A stretch of 64,000 nt of DNA. It comes from Psammoneis japonica (lineage: Eukaryota). The notes under the pieces are model-generated. The model searched no databases and was not told the origin of the DNA. It saw only the letters and a program-made list of their open reading frames with translations. The position numbers and the translations under genes were made by a program. This document shows, piece by piece, positions 63,163 to 64,000 of this stretch. Each line of letters begins with the position of its first letter. The first letter of the stretch is position 1. The stretch spans positions 62,001-126,000 of the forward strand of contig QPGO01000144.1 in assembly GCA_008632985.1 (NCBI GenBank). Direction: 5' to 3'.

Positions 63163-63960
63163 GATGCGTTCCAGCCCCAGGTGGGAGCTCGCAGCACTGA
63201 CGTGTGACAACAATGATTTTTGTCATCCGTCGCATGTTTCGCACGTAGATTTCTGCGTGTGACATTTAAAAAAAATTGTCCAGACTCGCCATTTTGCGAA
63301 GCCCCAGACGTTTCACACAACAAATTTGTAGAAACAACAATGCGCCAGCCACATTCTTCAATGTCTGAAGAATGTAACTGGCCAAGTAAAAAATGATGTG
63401 CTTCAATCATGTGCGAGTTTGTGCGTTCGCAAAATTGCCTCATTTTCTGTTGGCGATCATTGACGGGTTCCAGTCCCAGGTGGGACTTTTTGTGACATTG
63501 GGCCCGTGGAATTCTGCGCGCGAGCTCCGCAGTGAAATTGTTGAGCAATGGACACATGAATGATTGCCAACAGAAAAAGAGGCAATTTTTGCGAACGTGT
63601 CTCCTCCTCCACACTTGAAGCACATTCTTTGCAGCATGCCCGGGTGTGTTCTTTAGACACCAAAGAACACACCCAGCGCATTTTTGTTGATGTGGGTGCA
63701 GATGACAGAAAGCCTTTGGCTTCGCAAAACAGGCAGTGTGGAGCAATTTTTTGTGATGGAACACGTAGAAATGCACGTGTGAAACATGCGACGGGTGACA
63801 AAAAAACAATCATGTCACAGCTCAGCAGTGCGAGGTCCCACCCAGAGCTGGAACACATCCATTGACATTTTGGTTGCCGTGTGATTTCACTGCGGAGCTC
63901 GCATGTAGAAGTCTGCGGGCCCAATGTCACACGGATTCCCACCTGCATCTGGAACGCGTC
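63163..63960. mobile_element. MITE subfamily A carrying a nested subfamily B copy
   Basis: TIR gatgcgttccag/ctggaacgcgtc, TSD cagt/cagt. 798 bp minus the 398-bp insert minus its 4-bp TSD equals 396 bp, the length of the 31981 copy. Confidence 0.93.
63462..63859. mobile_element. Nested MITE subfamily B, 398 bp
   Basis: Termini gacgggttccagtcccaggtggga / tcccacccagagctggaacacatc. TSD catt/catt. Confidence 0.9.
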
Positions 63961-64000
63961 CAGTGTGGACGCCTCTCAAAATCCGACCATTCGATCTGTT

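Larger units (their letters stand above)
55865..64000. other. TpA/CpG-depleted hypermutated domain 3
   Basis: Abrupt loss of TpA after ~55860, just upstream of the BEACH gene. Confidence 0.9.

Overview
Eukaryotic genomic DNA, most likely a diatom (inferred from short GT-AG introns, a bipartite plastid-targeting-like presequence, and type II membrane LRR/FG-GAP proteins). The window alternates between ordinary gene islands and transposon-rich domains. The gene islands (~11.8-25.4 kb and ~40.7-55.9 kb) hold a TauE/SafE transporter, a tandem-repeat membrane protein, a PH protein, TVP38, Nudix, LRR, FG-GAP and BEACH genes. The transposon-rich domains (~1-11.8, ~19.65-20.47, ~25.4-40.7 and ~55.9-64 kb) hold dead Plavaka/CACTA-like transposases and several MITE families. 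The main finding is that in these domains almost every TpA has become TpG or CpA (A:T->G:C, apparently preferring 5'-TAY-3'), on top of ordinary CpG decay. Duplicated copies inside the window show this directly: 13 of 15 alignable TpA sites changed in one 300-bp duplicate, TAG stops became TGG/CAG, and Tyr became Cys/His in conserved motifs. The process has sharp boundaries, spreads into a host gene, scales with element age, and spares repetitive but apparently expressed genes. It looks like a region-targeted, RIP-like genome-defence hypermutation running in the opposite direction to fungal RIP. All counts and alignments are by hand; the mechanism is inference.
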